The notes under the pieces were generated by a model. The model did no database searches. It had not been told where the DNA came from and was given only the letters and a program-made list of their open reading frames with translations. From NCBI GenBank assembly GCA_016192905.1, contig JACPTG010000001.1:357005-421004 (forward strand): a stretch of 64,000 nt of DNA, written 5' to 3'. Below are positions 19,600 to 28,715 of this stretch, piece by piece. Every line of letters begins with the position of its first letter. Positions within the stretch are counted from its first letter, which is position 1. The DNA is from Candidatus Woesearchaeota archaeon. GTDB lineage: Archaea; Nanobdellota; Nanobdellia; Woesearchaeales; UBA10216. The translations under genes and the position numbers were made by a program.

Positions 19600-20378
19600 C
19601 TATCCCACCAACGAGGAAATTTCCTTTACAAGCCGAAAAGACGAATTGCCTGAGGGAGCAACGCCAGAGAACCTTACGCTTTGGTCTGCTGCGCCGGGCT
19701 TTGGATTGAAAATATGCACATTGGAAAGGCCATAAGCCATTGCCATGCGGCTGATGGCCAGCCTCGGCAAGACAATCCCTGGATTAACATTTACTGCAAC
19801 AGTGCCGTCATCCCTTAAGGCCCCTTCAATTTCAAAGGGGACGCGGCGGCCAGCAAGAACCCAGCTTCCATCGCGCTCAGCAGCCGTAAGGTCTGTATTA
19901 CCCGCAACCAGATTCCAGTAAAGGGCATTAGCCAGCGGCAAATCCACACGGCGCAGCCATGAAACCTCGCCTTCCTTCCAAAGCAGGCGATAGAACTCAC
20001 TGGAGCCCCCTATCCCCGCTGCTGCAACGAAATGCAAATTCCCTGCAGGTTCCCATCCCCCGAAGGCCAGGAGTGCCCAAACCAGTCGGAGCCTGACGGA
20101 AAGAGGTGCCTTACGAAGGGCTCATTTGACACCAAGTAAACTCCCCCTTCGGAATGTTGCAGAAACGGAGTTGCAAGCGCGAAATTTGACTGGGAAGGCC
20201 GCTCCCGCTCAAAGGTAACTGCATCAGGCAGGACAACCCTGCAGTCAGGCTGCTGGCCGGGCTGACTGAAGCCAAGCCCATGGTTGAAATAGTCTGCGAG
20301 GCCCTGCCTGCTGATGGCAGCCCTGTGCACTGCATCGTAGCCATCGCATACATTGGCTATCACCTGAGCAAGGTCCAT
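19600..20378 (-). pseudogene. Hypothetical gene apparently frameshifted by an 11-bp tandem duplication (20033..20054)
   Basis: Removing one copy of GGGAAYYTGCA fuses ORFs 20010..20378 and 19600..20037 into one 256-codon frame. Confidence 0.55.
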
Positions 20379-20379
20379 T

Positions 20380-20727
20380 TTAGTGCGGCATGACAGGATA
20401 ATTATGAACACGTAGCTGCTCCCAGCCCCAATAAGTCAAACGCAGCCCGCTCGCGTGGGGGTGACTTGCCAATTGGTCTGATTTTGAGTACTCCTTCATA
20501 AGAGCCACAACTTCAGGATACTTTGTATCAATGGTGACATCGAACCAATCATCCCTGCCCTCAACACGGACCTCTGAAGCAATCACTGCATTGAACCCAT
20601 GCATCTTTGAAACTATAAATCCAGTTGCAGGCTCAAAGCGGACAGAACACTCTGGCATACGGTCATCCAGAAAAGCTGCGAAATCAGCGATTACAGCCAC
20701 AACCGCATCTGACAGCTCCATCATCAC
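20380..20727 (-). CDS. Hypothetical protein (115 aa)
   Basis: GGAGGTG SD and overlap with the upstream ATPase stop. Confidence 0.7.
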   Translation of the reverse strand: MMMELSDAVVAVIADFAAFLDDRMPECSVRFEPATGFIVSKMHGFNAVIASEVRVEGRDDWFDVTIDTKYPEVVALMKEYSKSDQLASHPHASGLRLTYWGWEQLRVHNYPVMPH

Positions 20728-21617
20728 ACCTCCTCATCAACATTCGTCCTGACAGTGGACATCTCCTCCTCGTAAGTGCGCACGTTAAGCTGGGGCTGCC
20801 TGGGCTTCCTGCCAGGCCTGGGCTGCACAGGAATATCAACGTCCTCAATCTGCTCAATCACAATCCTGGGCCCCTGCCTGATGACAGGCCTCCTCTCAAC
20901 CTTAACCACATCATTAACATGCGAGACTGTGACTTTCTCAGCTCCCAACTCCACCGCATGCCGCATGACATCCTCGCAGTTCTCAAGAAGCCGCCTCGCA
21001 TTAAAGCCTGAGCGGCTGTAAATCCTCCTGATTACCTGGTCGGAGATGAGCGGGATGTCACCTATCCGCTTTCTCACCAGCTCAACAGCATGGTCACCCT
21101 TCAGCCTCGCAAGGACCTTCACATTATCCTTAAGAAGCGAATTAAGCTCATCAGGGAACTTCTCCTTCACATGCTCTGTGCCGAAGAAGACAACAGAGCG
21201 GAAATTACCCTTCCTGAAAAGCCTGAAAAGCTCAACAGACTCCTGCTTCTTCAGGTCCTGAGCCTCATCAACCAGCAGAATCATATCCTTAGCCGGGCTT
21301 GAAAACAGCCTGCTGAAAAAGCCAGAGCCTATCAAAAGCGCCCTGAAGCTAATCCTTGAATCAGAAGTGTTGGCGCTGCAATAAATCACCTTGCCCTTTC
21401 CGCCGAACCTTGCCAGAATATTCTTCAGGATGGTTGTCTTCCCAACGCCCATCGGGCCAAGAATGAAAAGAAAGCCACCAGACTCAATCCGGCTGGAAAT
21501 CTCATCAACGTCATACCCGACAATCTCGCTGTGGAAAGCAGCAGGCTTTATGCTGAAAGGATTGTTGTAGAAACCCAGCTTGTTATACCAAACTTCACCT
21601 TGCGCCATCTTCACCAA
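20724..21617 (-). CDS. P-loop AAA ATPase (ExeA/GspA-like)
   Basis: LGFYNNPF N-terminus, Walker A GPMGVGKT, Walker B LLVDEAQ. Confidence 0.85.
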   Translation of the reverse strand: MVKMAQGEVWYNKLGFYNNPFSIKPAAFHSEIVGYDVDEISSRIESGGFLFILGPMGVGKTTILKNILARFGGKGKVIYCSANTSDSRISFRALLIGSGFFSRLFSSPAKDMILLVDEAQDLKKQESVELFRLFRKGNFRSVVFFGTEHVKEKFPDELNSLLKDNVKVLARLKGDHAVELVRKRIGDIPLISDQVIRRIYSRSGFNARRLLENCEDVMRHAVELGAEKVTVSHVNDVVKVERRPVIRQGPRIVIEQIEDVDIPVQPRPGRKPRQPQLNVRTYEEEMSTVRTNVDEEV

Positions 21618-22305
21618 ACACCTCTTTTACATGCTTCTCTGACACCTTGTCAGCACCATCTGAAACAGCCTTATCGCACAGCGCGCTAACGCTTGCAAGG
21701 AACTTCTTAGTGTTATGGGCAGAGAGCCTGAAAGCCTCCTTGATGATGTCATCAGGAAGAAGATTAACCGACGGAGCTTTTGCCCTTACAGCCTCCACGC
21801 TCTGCTCGGGAGTAAGGTCCCTGAGCCTGATAACCCTGCCACCAATCCTGTCCCTCAAGCTCCTGGAAAAGTGCGCCCGTGAGTATGAACCCCCTGTAAA
21901 GACAACTGACTTCACGTAATTGCTGTCAAAATAATGCTTAATCCTCTCGCAGTTCTTCCTGCTCAGGCGATTGGCGTTGTCAAGAAGCAGAATCATGTTC
22001 TTAGGAACCTTTTTGAACAGCCTGCCAAAAAAGCCATACTTGCCTGTCATCAGGCCCTCAATATTCACCTTCCTCTCAATCTGGCCGCAGTCAAAATAAA
22101 TTACCTTACCCCTTCCGCCAAAACGCTCAATAAGCTTTTTCAGGACAGCAGACTTGCCGCTGCCCTCCTTGCCCTCCACAAAAACCATGCTGCCAGACTC
22201 AACCCTGTAAACAATCTCATCCAACACCTTATCCAGGCCAAAAAGATTACTGGAAGATGTAAAAGGGTCCTCGGCAAAATCATAATCCTCATACCACGCC
22301 ATCAC
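21595..22305 (-). CDS. Paralogous P-loop AAA ATPase with degenerate Walker B
   Basis: DFAEDPF, GKEGSGKS, LLLDNA; shares RFGGxGKVIY with its neighbour. Confidence 0.85.
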   Translation of the reverse strand: MMAWYEDYDFAEDPFTSSSNLFGLDKVLDEIVYRVESGSMVFVEGKEGSGKSAVLKKLIERFGGRGKVIYFDCGQIERKVNIEGLMTGKYGFFGRLFKKVPKNMILLLDNANRLSRKNCERIKHYFDSNYVKSVVFTGGSYSRAHFSRSLRDRIGGRVIRLRDLTPEQSVEAVRAKAPSVNLLPDDIIKEAFRLSAHNTKKFLASVSALCDKAVSDGADKVSEKHVKEVFGEDGAR

Positions 22306-23054
22306 TCCTCAATCCTCCTTGCCCTGGCCCTGTACTCCTCAGCCAGCGAATAATACTTATGAGCCTCTCCCTCATCACCCTTCTCATGCAACTCCTCAGC
22401 CTTCCTGTGGAAATTCCGGGCCTTGCCCAGGTCGCCCTGCGGGGTCTCCCTGAAGAGGAAAAGCAACACAAGGGCGACAACCAAAAATGCAATTGCAGCG
22501 CCGGCGATAACATACGCATTGAATCCTCCGGCATTAAAGCCTGAAATAACTGGCTGTTGGGGCTGTGAGACATTTGAAGCATTAGAGGTTGAAGGAGGAT
22601 TAGGAGCAGCCATGGCGCTCAATTCAGACCTGGTAAACTGGCTCTTACCAGCCCTGCACTGCCCAAGGTCACCGCTAAAGCACCGGCAGCCCTTTACGCC
22701 CCTATCATAATAGCAGTTAAACTGGAAATTGCCATCAGACCTTTCAACGCACTCAAACTGGTAAGCGCAGAAATCATCAGCTGAAAATGAGGACTTTGCA
22801 ACATTACACTGGGACACCTCGCCCTTAAAACACCTGCACGAGCCACTATCAGAATAGCACCCAAACCAGTAAAGCCTCGCAGCCCGCTCCGCAAGCTGAC
22901 ACTCAAGCTGGCGCGAGCAGTCAGCATCACTGAAATTCGCAGACCCCGGCGCAGAAGCCGCATCCTCTGAATGAGGCTCAGCTGTCTCATGCGCAATGGA
23001 AGCGGCAGCTAAAAACAAAGCAAAAAACACCGCAAAAAAAGCCAGTCTTTTCAA
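22302..23054 (-). CDS. Single-pass membrane protein with duplicated Cys-rich extracellular module
   Basis: Signal peptide, two C...EC...F.CY...CRCF.G...QC repeats, TM helix, helical cytoplasmic tail. Confidence 0.8.
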   Translation of the reverse strand: MKRLAFFAVFFALFLAAASIAHETAEPHSEDAASAPGSANFSDADCSRQLECQLAERAARLYWFGCYSDSGSCRCFKGEVSQCNVAKSSFSADDFCAYQFECVERSDGNFQFNCYYDRGVKGCRCFSGDLGQCRAGKSQFTRSELSAMAAPNPPSTSNASNVSQPQQPVISGFNAGGFNAYVIAGAAIAFLVVALVLLFLFRETPQGDLGKARNFHRKAEELHEKGDEGEAHKYYSLAEEYRARARRIEE

Positions 23055-23160
23055 TGCAATCCCTCTTAAATGAAGCCGCGGCTAACTGGCCTTTTATATA
23101 AATTTTTTGCACGCTTTTTAAGCTGGAAAAAAAGCTGTTTCGCCACCATCCAAAAACGAA

Positions 23161-24054
23161 CTAAACAGCGCTTTGTATAAACTCATGCCTGCTGCGGAAG
23201 CCGCTTTTTTTTGCAATTTTTTTGATGGCAAAATCAAAGCCAGAGCCGTACTGCGCAGCCAGCTTTTTCCTGCCTGAAATTGCCTCGGGCAGGCCAAGCT
23301 GAACAGCGGCAAGCCGCAGGATATGCTTCTTTGAGCCGGCCTTGATTTTCAGCCCGCCGTCCATACGCATAGCTGACACAATCAGCTCCTGATCCATGAA
23401 AGGCGTGGCAAATGAAACGCCAAGGTTTGAGGCAATGGCTGTATCCCTTACAAGGTCGCGCTGATGCATTCCATAAAGCCCCTGCCAGCACTCGGCGTTA
23501 ATGTCAGCGGCAAACCCATGCCTCTGGTAACCTGCAAAAATCTCCTCAGAACCCAGGCCTGAAAAAATGACTGAAACGCCATCCTGCTTCGCAAGCCGAC
23601 AGGCAGCATAAACAACAGAAGCAACTCCGACGTTAACAACGTCAACCTTAGGAATAATCCGGCTAACCTCTGACACAATCGCCCCTACCTCATCCAATGC
23701 ATAATTCCTGGCAGCCAAATCAAGGCCCAGACTCCGGGATGCCTCGCCTGCGGCAGCCAGATCCTTTGAATTTCCAAAGCCGACAGAATAGCACCTGAAA
23801 TGAGGCGAAAAATTCCTGCATAAAAACGCAATCAGGGAGCTATCAACTCCACCTGAAAAAAGGACTCCAAAACGTGCAGCGGGAATTCTTTTTTCAACTG
23901 CCTCCGGGATGGCTTCCTTCAGAATTGAGACAGCCTCAGCCTCCCCAGAAATCCCAGACTGAAGTGATGCCCTCTCCTGCAAGGCACTTACCTCAGAGCG
24001 CCAGCCTGACTCGGGCAGCAGCCTGCCATCAGAGGATGTATAAATTTCGCGCAT
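23161..24054 (-). CDS. Asparagine synthetase-like C-terminal (PP-loop) domain protein
   Basis: FSGGVDSS, SGLGSEEIFAGY, KKHILR, RKKLAAQYGSG; no glutaminase domain; start set at MREIY. Confidence 0.88.
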   Translation of the reverse strand: MREIYTSSDGRLLPESGWRSEVSALQERASLQSGISGEAEAVSILKEAIPEAVEKRIPAARFGVLFSGGVDSSLIAFLCRNFSPHFRCYSVGFGNSKDLAAAGEASRSLGLDLAARNYALDEVGAIVSEVSRIIPKVDVVNVGVASVVYAACRLAKQDGVSVIFSGLGSEEIFAGYQRHGFAADINAECWQGLYGMHQRDLVRDTAIASNLGVSFATPFMDQELIVSAMRMDGGLKIKAGSKKHILRLAAVQLGLPEAISGRKKLAAQYGSGFDFAIKKIAKKSGFRSRHEFIQSAV

Positions 24055-24108
24055 CGCAAACAGGAATCCAGGCAAATATTTAAATATTGAGCAGCAAAAC
24101 CACCAATC

Positions 24109-24321
24109 ATGCCAGAAAGCAGGGAAAAGGCAGAACTGACGGGCTTCCACAAAGGCAGCCTTACAACACTCGCAAAGGAAAGGCAGGAACTAACAAGGCT
24201 CCTCGCCATAGTTGAACAGCTCATGCAAATGCACATAGCAGAGCTGAAAAAGATGGGGGTAGACCTTGAAAAAGAGGCAAAGGCAAAAAAGCCAATAGAG
24301 GACATAGTCAGGAAAAGCTGA
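24109..24321 (+). CDS. Small hypothetical coiled-coil protein
   Basis: TTTAAATA box upstream; GFHKGSLTTLAKERQEL amphipathic helix. Confidence 0.75.
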   Translation: MPESREKAELTGFHKGSLTTLAKERQELTRLLAIVEQLMQMHIAELKKMGVDLEKEAKAKKPIEDIVRKS

Positions 24322-24325
24322 TTCC

Positions 24326-24718
24326 ATGAATTACGAGTTCTCCGCATACGGACATCCAAACATAACAGCAAGGCACAGGACAACGCTGGAATTCACAAAA
24401 GACAGGGAAGCAACCGCGAACGGGGACTGCATTGTCGGGGTGAAGGCTGATTTTGAGCTGCCTGAACTGAAGAAATTCCTAAGCTGCGGCAGGATAAGGA
24501 TAGGGATAAGCGTGGCGGGAATGACTGAGGAGATAACCGCCACTCCAAACCCTGGCTTCAGCAGCAGCCATGAAATGGTCATAAGAAAGACAGAGTTTGC
24601 AAGCGCCAGGACTTTTGCAGTAAGGGCTGACAAGAGCTCCTGCGAAATCAGCAGAAGCATGGCTGCAGCCTTAAAGGCAGAAGAGGCTGAAATAAGGGTT
24701 AACGTTACCGCTTACTGA
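24326..24718 (+). CDS. DUF371 family protein
   Basis: GHPNITARHRTTLEFTKD...GDCIVGV...RKTEF motif. Confidence 0.92.
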   Translation: MNYEFSAYGHPNITARHRTTLEFTKDREATANGDCIVGVKADFELPELKKFLSCGRIRIGISVAGMTEEITATPNPGFSSSHEMVIRKTEFASARTFAVRADKSSCEISRSMAAALKAEEAEIRVNVTAY

Positions 24719-24776
24719 ATATATAGCGCATATAGAAATGATTATAAATCTGCCTGCTTATCATAAAAATTAAATT

Positions 24777-26198
24777 TTGGGGAGATGGAGGAATGACAGT
24801 TTGATTCAATTACTCGATTTTCCGGCAATAACCACAGAGTACCGGGATGCAATAAGAGGCGTTAGAGATAGCCTTATCGGTGTCCGCAGGGACGCGGTAG
24901 CGGCGGTTGAAGAGGCTCTTTCATCTAAAACCATTGACAGTGTGACACGGAAACTGCAGGAAAGGCTGAAAGCGACAGGGAAAAAAGCCACTACAGAAGT
25001 CGAAAGGGAAGTCCAAAGGGAAGCTGCCCTGCTAAGGGCATATCCGCTGCTCTACGGAGGAGCGGACCTTGAGAGGGAAGTAGCACAGATAGCCCAGCAG
25101 GCCAACATCCCGCGACTCAGACGCTGGCATGATGCTGCGTCCAGAACACTTGAGGATGCCCTCATATCATACATGCTAAACTTTGCCATCCCTGAATGGA
25201 CAGGAGAGCAGGACCCCAGACTTAGATACGACCTTCGCGTTGAAGGAATATGCGAAGGATGCTGGCAAAAAGGCAGGGAAGGCTCAGGCTTGACCAAAGG
25301 GGAATTTAAAATTCAGAGAGACATCAGCCTGTCAGAGCTTGCTGCCAATCCACGTGAGATACTAATCACAGATTATGCATTAAACCATGGTTCTGCAGCC
25401 AGAGATTTATATTCTCCCATCTGCAAATCAGGCAAAAGAACTGAAAAGGCAATCCCGCTTGTCACTGTCCATAAATTGCAGCTTCTGGGCCCAACTGGAG
25501 AGGTGGCGCGGTATGCAGAAGCCCAGTTCAGGATGAAATCAGGAAAGTCGTTCGTTGACAAGGCAACTGAATACATCACCGGAAGCAGAAAACCAACAGG
25601 CCTGCCGCAACTGGTCCAGGACTTCATGGCAGCCACACTTATGAGCCGGATGGACCAACTTCCACGCAAATATGTAAGATGGAATGAAGCCTTCAGCCAG
25701 CAGTTCATGCGAGGAACAGCATGGTGGGAAGGCAACATACTTGCGCAAAGGTGTGACCAGTGGCTGGACGAATTTCCAAAGGCCCTGGAAGCGCATCCAG
25801 AAGAATGGCAGCTATACATGGCCAAATACTTTCCCCGCATTGATGCAAGCAGCAGAAACAGGCATGCAAAAGAGGGAAACGGAAATGCAAGGTTCATAGA
25901 AGTAACGCATGGCATAATGCCAATAGGCGCATACAACAGGATAGAGATCCACGTGAGAGACAAGGCGTCAGCAACTAAGGAAAGCGGAACCATCCAAATC
26001 GAAGGAGGAGAGCGATCAGACATAGAACATCTGGGCTACAAAATGGCGAAAGAGCGGAAAAGGCTGGAAAATTGGAGTCTGCTAGAGGCTTTATGCCTAA
26101 CAAAAATTGCATATCCCCTGTTTGGGCACAATCCAATCAGAACCCTGGTCCAAGGGTTTGCACAGAAAGTCGTGGAAAGGGCATACCGCCTAAGCTGA
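24777..26198 (+). CDS. Hypothetical protein with divergent RelA/SpoT-like nucleotidyltransferase domain (start possibly TTG 24801)
   Basis: RMKSGKSFVDK, QDFMAA, IEIHVRD and EHLGYK occur in the order of the RSH synthetase motifs. Confidence 0.6.
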   Translation: MGRWRNDSLIQLLDFPAITTEYRDAIRGVRDSLIGVRRDAVAAVEEALSSKTIDSVTRKLQERLKATGKKATTEVEREVQREAALLRAYPLLYGGADLEREVAQIAQQANIPRLRRWHDAASRTLEDALISYMLNFAIPEWTGEQDPRLRYDLRVEGICEGCWQKGREGSGLTKGEFKIQRDISLSELAANPREILITDYALNHGSAARDLYSPICKSGKRTEKAIPLVTVHKLQLLGPTGEVARYAEAQFRMKSGKSFVDKATEYITGSRKPTGLPQLVQDFMAATLMSRMDQLPRKYVRWNEAFSQQFMRGTAWWEGNILAQRCDQWLDEFPKALEAHPEEWQLYMAKYFPRIDASSRNRHAKEGNGNARFIEVTHGIMPIGAYNRIEIHVRDKASATKESGTIQIEGGERSDIEHLGYKMAKERKRLENWSLLEALCLTKIAYPLFGHNPIRTLVQGFAQKVVERAYRLS

Positions 26199-26654
26199 GG
26201 ATTTAACCCTCCTGGTCTTCGGCACGAAATTCTTAATCCTGCCATTGGCATAGCGGCCGCAGCCAAGGTAATCTGAATTGCGGCGAAGGATGACAAAGCC
26301 AGAGCATCCCGGGCAGTCCTTCATCAAATCCTCACCCCTCAGCCACTGACGCATCTCCTCACCTGAAATCTCCACGACATTCTTAGACGCCGACGGGCCC
26401 AGAAGCTGAGAGCCTTCTATTGAGAGGCGGATTGCCTCATCCTTAAGCTCGCCGAAGTAAAGGCCGGCGCTGTTTACCCTCAGATTCTGCAAATCCAGCC
26501 TGCCAACATCCCTGGAAATAAGATGAAGCTTATTCCTTGAGTTTATGAGAAAAGCAGAATCAGGCAGCCTGGCGCCCCACTGGCGTTCAACAATTGAAGC
26601 AATACCTCGCACCTCCCTTGAGTTAAGGAACCTTAAGCGCAGCACAAAACACAA
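26190..26654 (-). CDS. NIP7/RsmF-associated PUA-like RNA-binding protein
   Basis: GLYFG...RLSIEGSQLLGP...WLRGED...NFVPKTRR. Confidence 0.85.
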   Translation of the reverse strand: MCFVLRLRFLNSREVRGIASIVERQWGARLPDSAFLINSRNKLHLISRDVGRLDLQNLRVNSAGLYFGELKDEAIRLSIEGSQLLGPSASKNVVEISGEEMRQWLRGEDLMKDCPGCSGFVILRRNSDYLGCGRYANGRIKNFVPKTRRVKSSA

Positions 26655-26700
26655 GGCTGCGGGAAAGGCTTAAATAATTTATCTATGAAAGGCTGAACTT

Positions 26701-26844
26701 TCAAAAGCCTAAGTCCTCCCTTGTAAACACTCTTCCAGCTGCCAAATTCTGCTCAAACTCCAGAAGCCTTTTGTAAAGCGCCGTATTCCTGAGAGCCTCG
26801 TTTTCGGCCTTAAGCCGAGCATATTCCCTTTTCAAAACAACCAT
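26701..26844 (-). CDS. Small antitoxin-like protein (47 aa; not in ORF track)
   Basis: Hand translation MVVLKREYARLKAENEALRNTALYKRLLEFEQNLAAGRVFTREDLGF; fills the intergenic gap. Confidence 0.6.
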   Translation of the reverse strand: MVVLKREYARLKAENEALRNTALYKRLLEFEQNLAAGRVFTREDLGF

Positions 26845-26860
26845 ATTTTACTTAAATCCC

Positions 26861-28603
26861 TCAGACCCCCCAAACGGGATTATACTTCCTCATCGTGTCT
26901 GCCAATTCGCGCAGAACAGCCACTTCGCCCTTTGACAGGTACTTTGAATACTGCTTGAGCTTCCTGTAGTCCTCCTCCGGAACCGCGCTGATAAGCTCAT
27001 CGCCCTCATTCACCTGCCTGCCAACAGTCACGTTATCCATTGAAACAGCAACACGGCTTCCTGCATCGGCTGAATTCACAGACTCCTGCTCAAGCTGGAT
27101 TGACTTTACCAAGCCGATGGCTTTTCCGCGGCTCATTACAGGCATCCCTGCCTTAAGCACACCAACCAGGATCTCAACCCCAAAGACAGCTGGATTGCTC
27201 TGCCTGAAAACATATCCTGCAAGGATTTTCAGCCTGCACGGCCTGACCAGGGCGTCAAGAACCTTGGCCTCGGCTGTTTTTTTAAGCTCAGCCTGCCACG
27301 CCTCAAATTCCTCAATAAGCTGATATATTACCCTGCTGGCAAAAACCCTTGCCTGGGCCGGGTCAGGAACCGCAACATTGAACGCGAGGACAGCTGAATT
27401 AAGGGGGTCTGTGTTTGCCTGGGCAGCCTTAACATCCTTTCTTGTCACGTCGCCAATGGATGCCCTCCTTACAGGAATTGACTTCTCCTTCAGAATCATC
27501 AGCAGCGCCTCAAGGCTGCCAAGGGTGTCTGCCTTAACGACTACACCCGCCCTTTCAGTCTCAACCAAAACCTCCTGAACCTCAGACTGAACCTCAGAGC
27601 TGACCGCCTCCAGATTATCAAGAACGCCCCTCAGCGGCGCGCCGGCAACAACATTATCCACATCAGGGGCAACAACCTTCACGCCTGCTGCAGCAGAGAC
27701 AGAATCAACAGGCTCAAACCTTCCGCGGCCGCCCATCTCGGCAAGAGGGGCAGGCTCAAAAAGGGCCTTAACCCTTGTTACAACAGGCGAATCCAGGCCG
27801 CCAATTACTATGGCATCGCCTTTCCTCAAAACCCCGTCATAAACTATGACATCCAAAGTTGTGCCAAGGCCCTTATCCCTCTTGACCTCAAGCACTGTGC
27901 CCTTGGCAGGGCCTGAAACGTCAGCCCTCAGCGACTGCTCCAGGAACTTCTGGGCAAGGCCGGAAATCACCATCAGCAGCTCAGGAATGCCCTCACCGCT
28001 CTTCGCAGAGCAGGGAATAATCGCGACCTGCCTTGAATAATCCTCAACCCGGTCGAAACGTTCGGAGCCAAAGCCAAGCTCAGACAGCTTACCCACGATG
28101 TCATAAATCCGCTGCTCAACAAACTCCTGGGCTGCAGGAGCCTGGGAAGAGATGCTGGCAGATACAAGGCCTGAGCCAGGACGCCATCCGGGCGAAAGGT
28201 CGAGCTTATTCGCGGCGACCACGAACGGCGTCTTAAAGCCTTTAAGGATTTCTATGGCCTCATAAGTCTGAGGCTTGAAACCCTCAACAAGGTCTATGAC
28301 GAGAATGGCAATGTCCGCAAGATTGCCTCCGCGCCTCCTAAGGTTTGTAAAGGCAGCATGGCCAGGCGTGTCAATGAAAAGCAGCCCTGGAATTGTAAAG
28401 CTGATTTTCAAAGCCTTCAGCAAGTCGCCGCAAATGGCCTGCACTGTGGAAAGCGGGACATAGCTGCAGCCAATGGACTGCGTAATGCCGCCAGCCTCCC
28501 TTGCGGCAACGGCCGTGCCCCTAACCTTATCAAGCAGCAAAGTCTTTCCCGCATCCACATGGCCAACCGTGACTATAAGGGGCTGCCTGACAGAGGTTTC
28601 CAT
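26861..28603 (-). CDS. infB: Translation initiation factor aIF5B (IF-2)
   Basis: GHVDAGKT, EAGGITQ, DTPGH, KADTLGSLEAL, FRQSNPAVFG motifs. Confidence 0.98.
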   Translation of the reverse strand: METSVRQPLIVTVGHVDAGKTLLLDKVRGTAVAAREAGGITQSIGCSYVPLSTVQAICGDLLKALKISFTIPGLLFIDTPGHAAFTNLRRRGGNLADIAILVIDLVEGFKPQTYEAIEILKGFKTPFVVAANKLDLSPGWRPGSGLVSASISSQAPAAQEFVEQRIYDIVGKLSELGFGSERFDRVEDYSRQVAIIPCSAKSGEGIPELLMVISGLAQKFLEQSLRADVSGPAKGTVLEVKRDKGLGTTLDVIVYDGVLRKGDAIVIGGLDSPVVTRVKALFEPAPLAEMGGRGRFEPVDSVSAAAGVKVVAPDVDNVVAGAPLRGVLDNLEAVSSEVQSEVQEVLVETERAGVVVKADTLGSLEALLMILKEKSIPVRRASIGDVTRKDVKAAQANTDPLNSAVLAFNVAVPDPAQARVFASRVIYQLIEEFEAWQAELKKTAEAKVLDALVRPCRLKILAGYVFRQSNPAVFGVEILVGVLKAGMPVMSRGKAIGLVKSIQLEQESVNSADAGSRVAVSMDNVTVGRQVNEGDELISAVPEEDYRKLKQYSKYLSKGEVAVLRELADTMRKYNPVWGV

Positions 28604-28715
28604 GAGAAAAAGGGAAAGCGGAGGGTTTTAAATATGTTTGCGGCTGCTGGCATTAGCCACTTAAAAGTAATTAAAAATCAAAAGATTTAAATAGGGCCGT
28701 AAGGCGCTTACTTGT

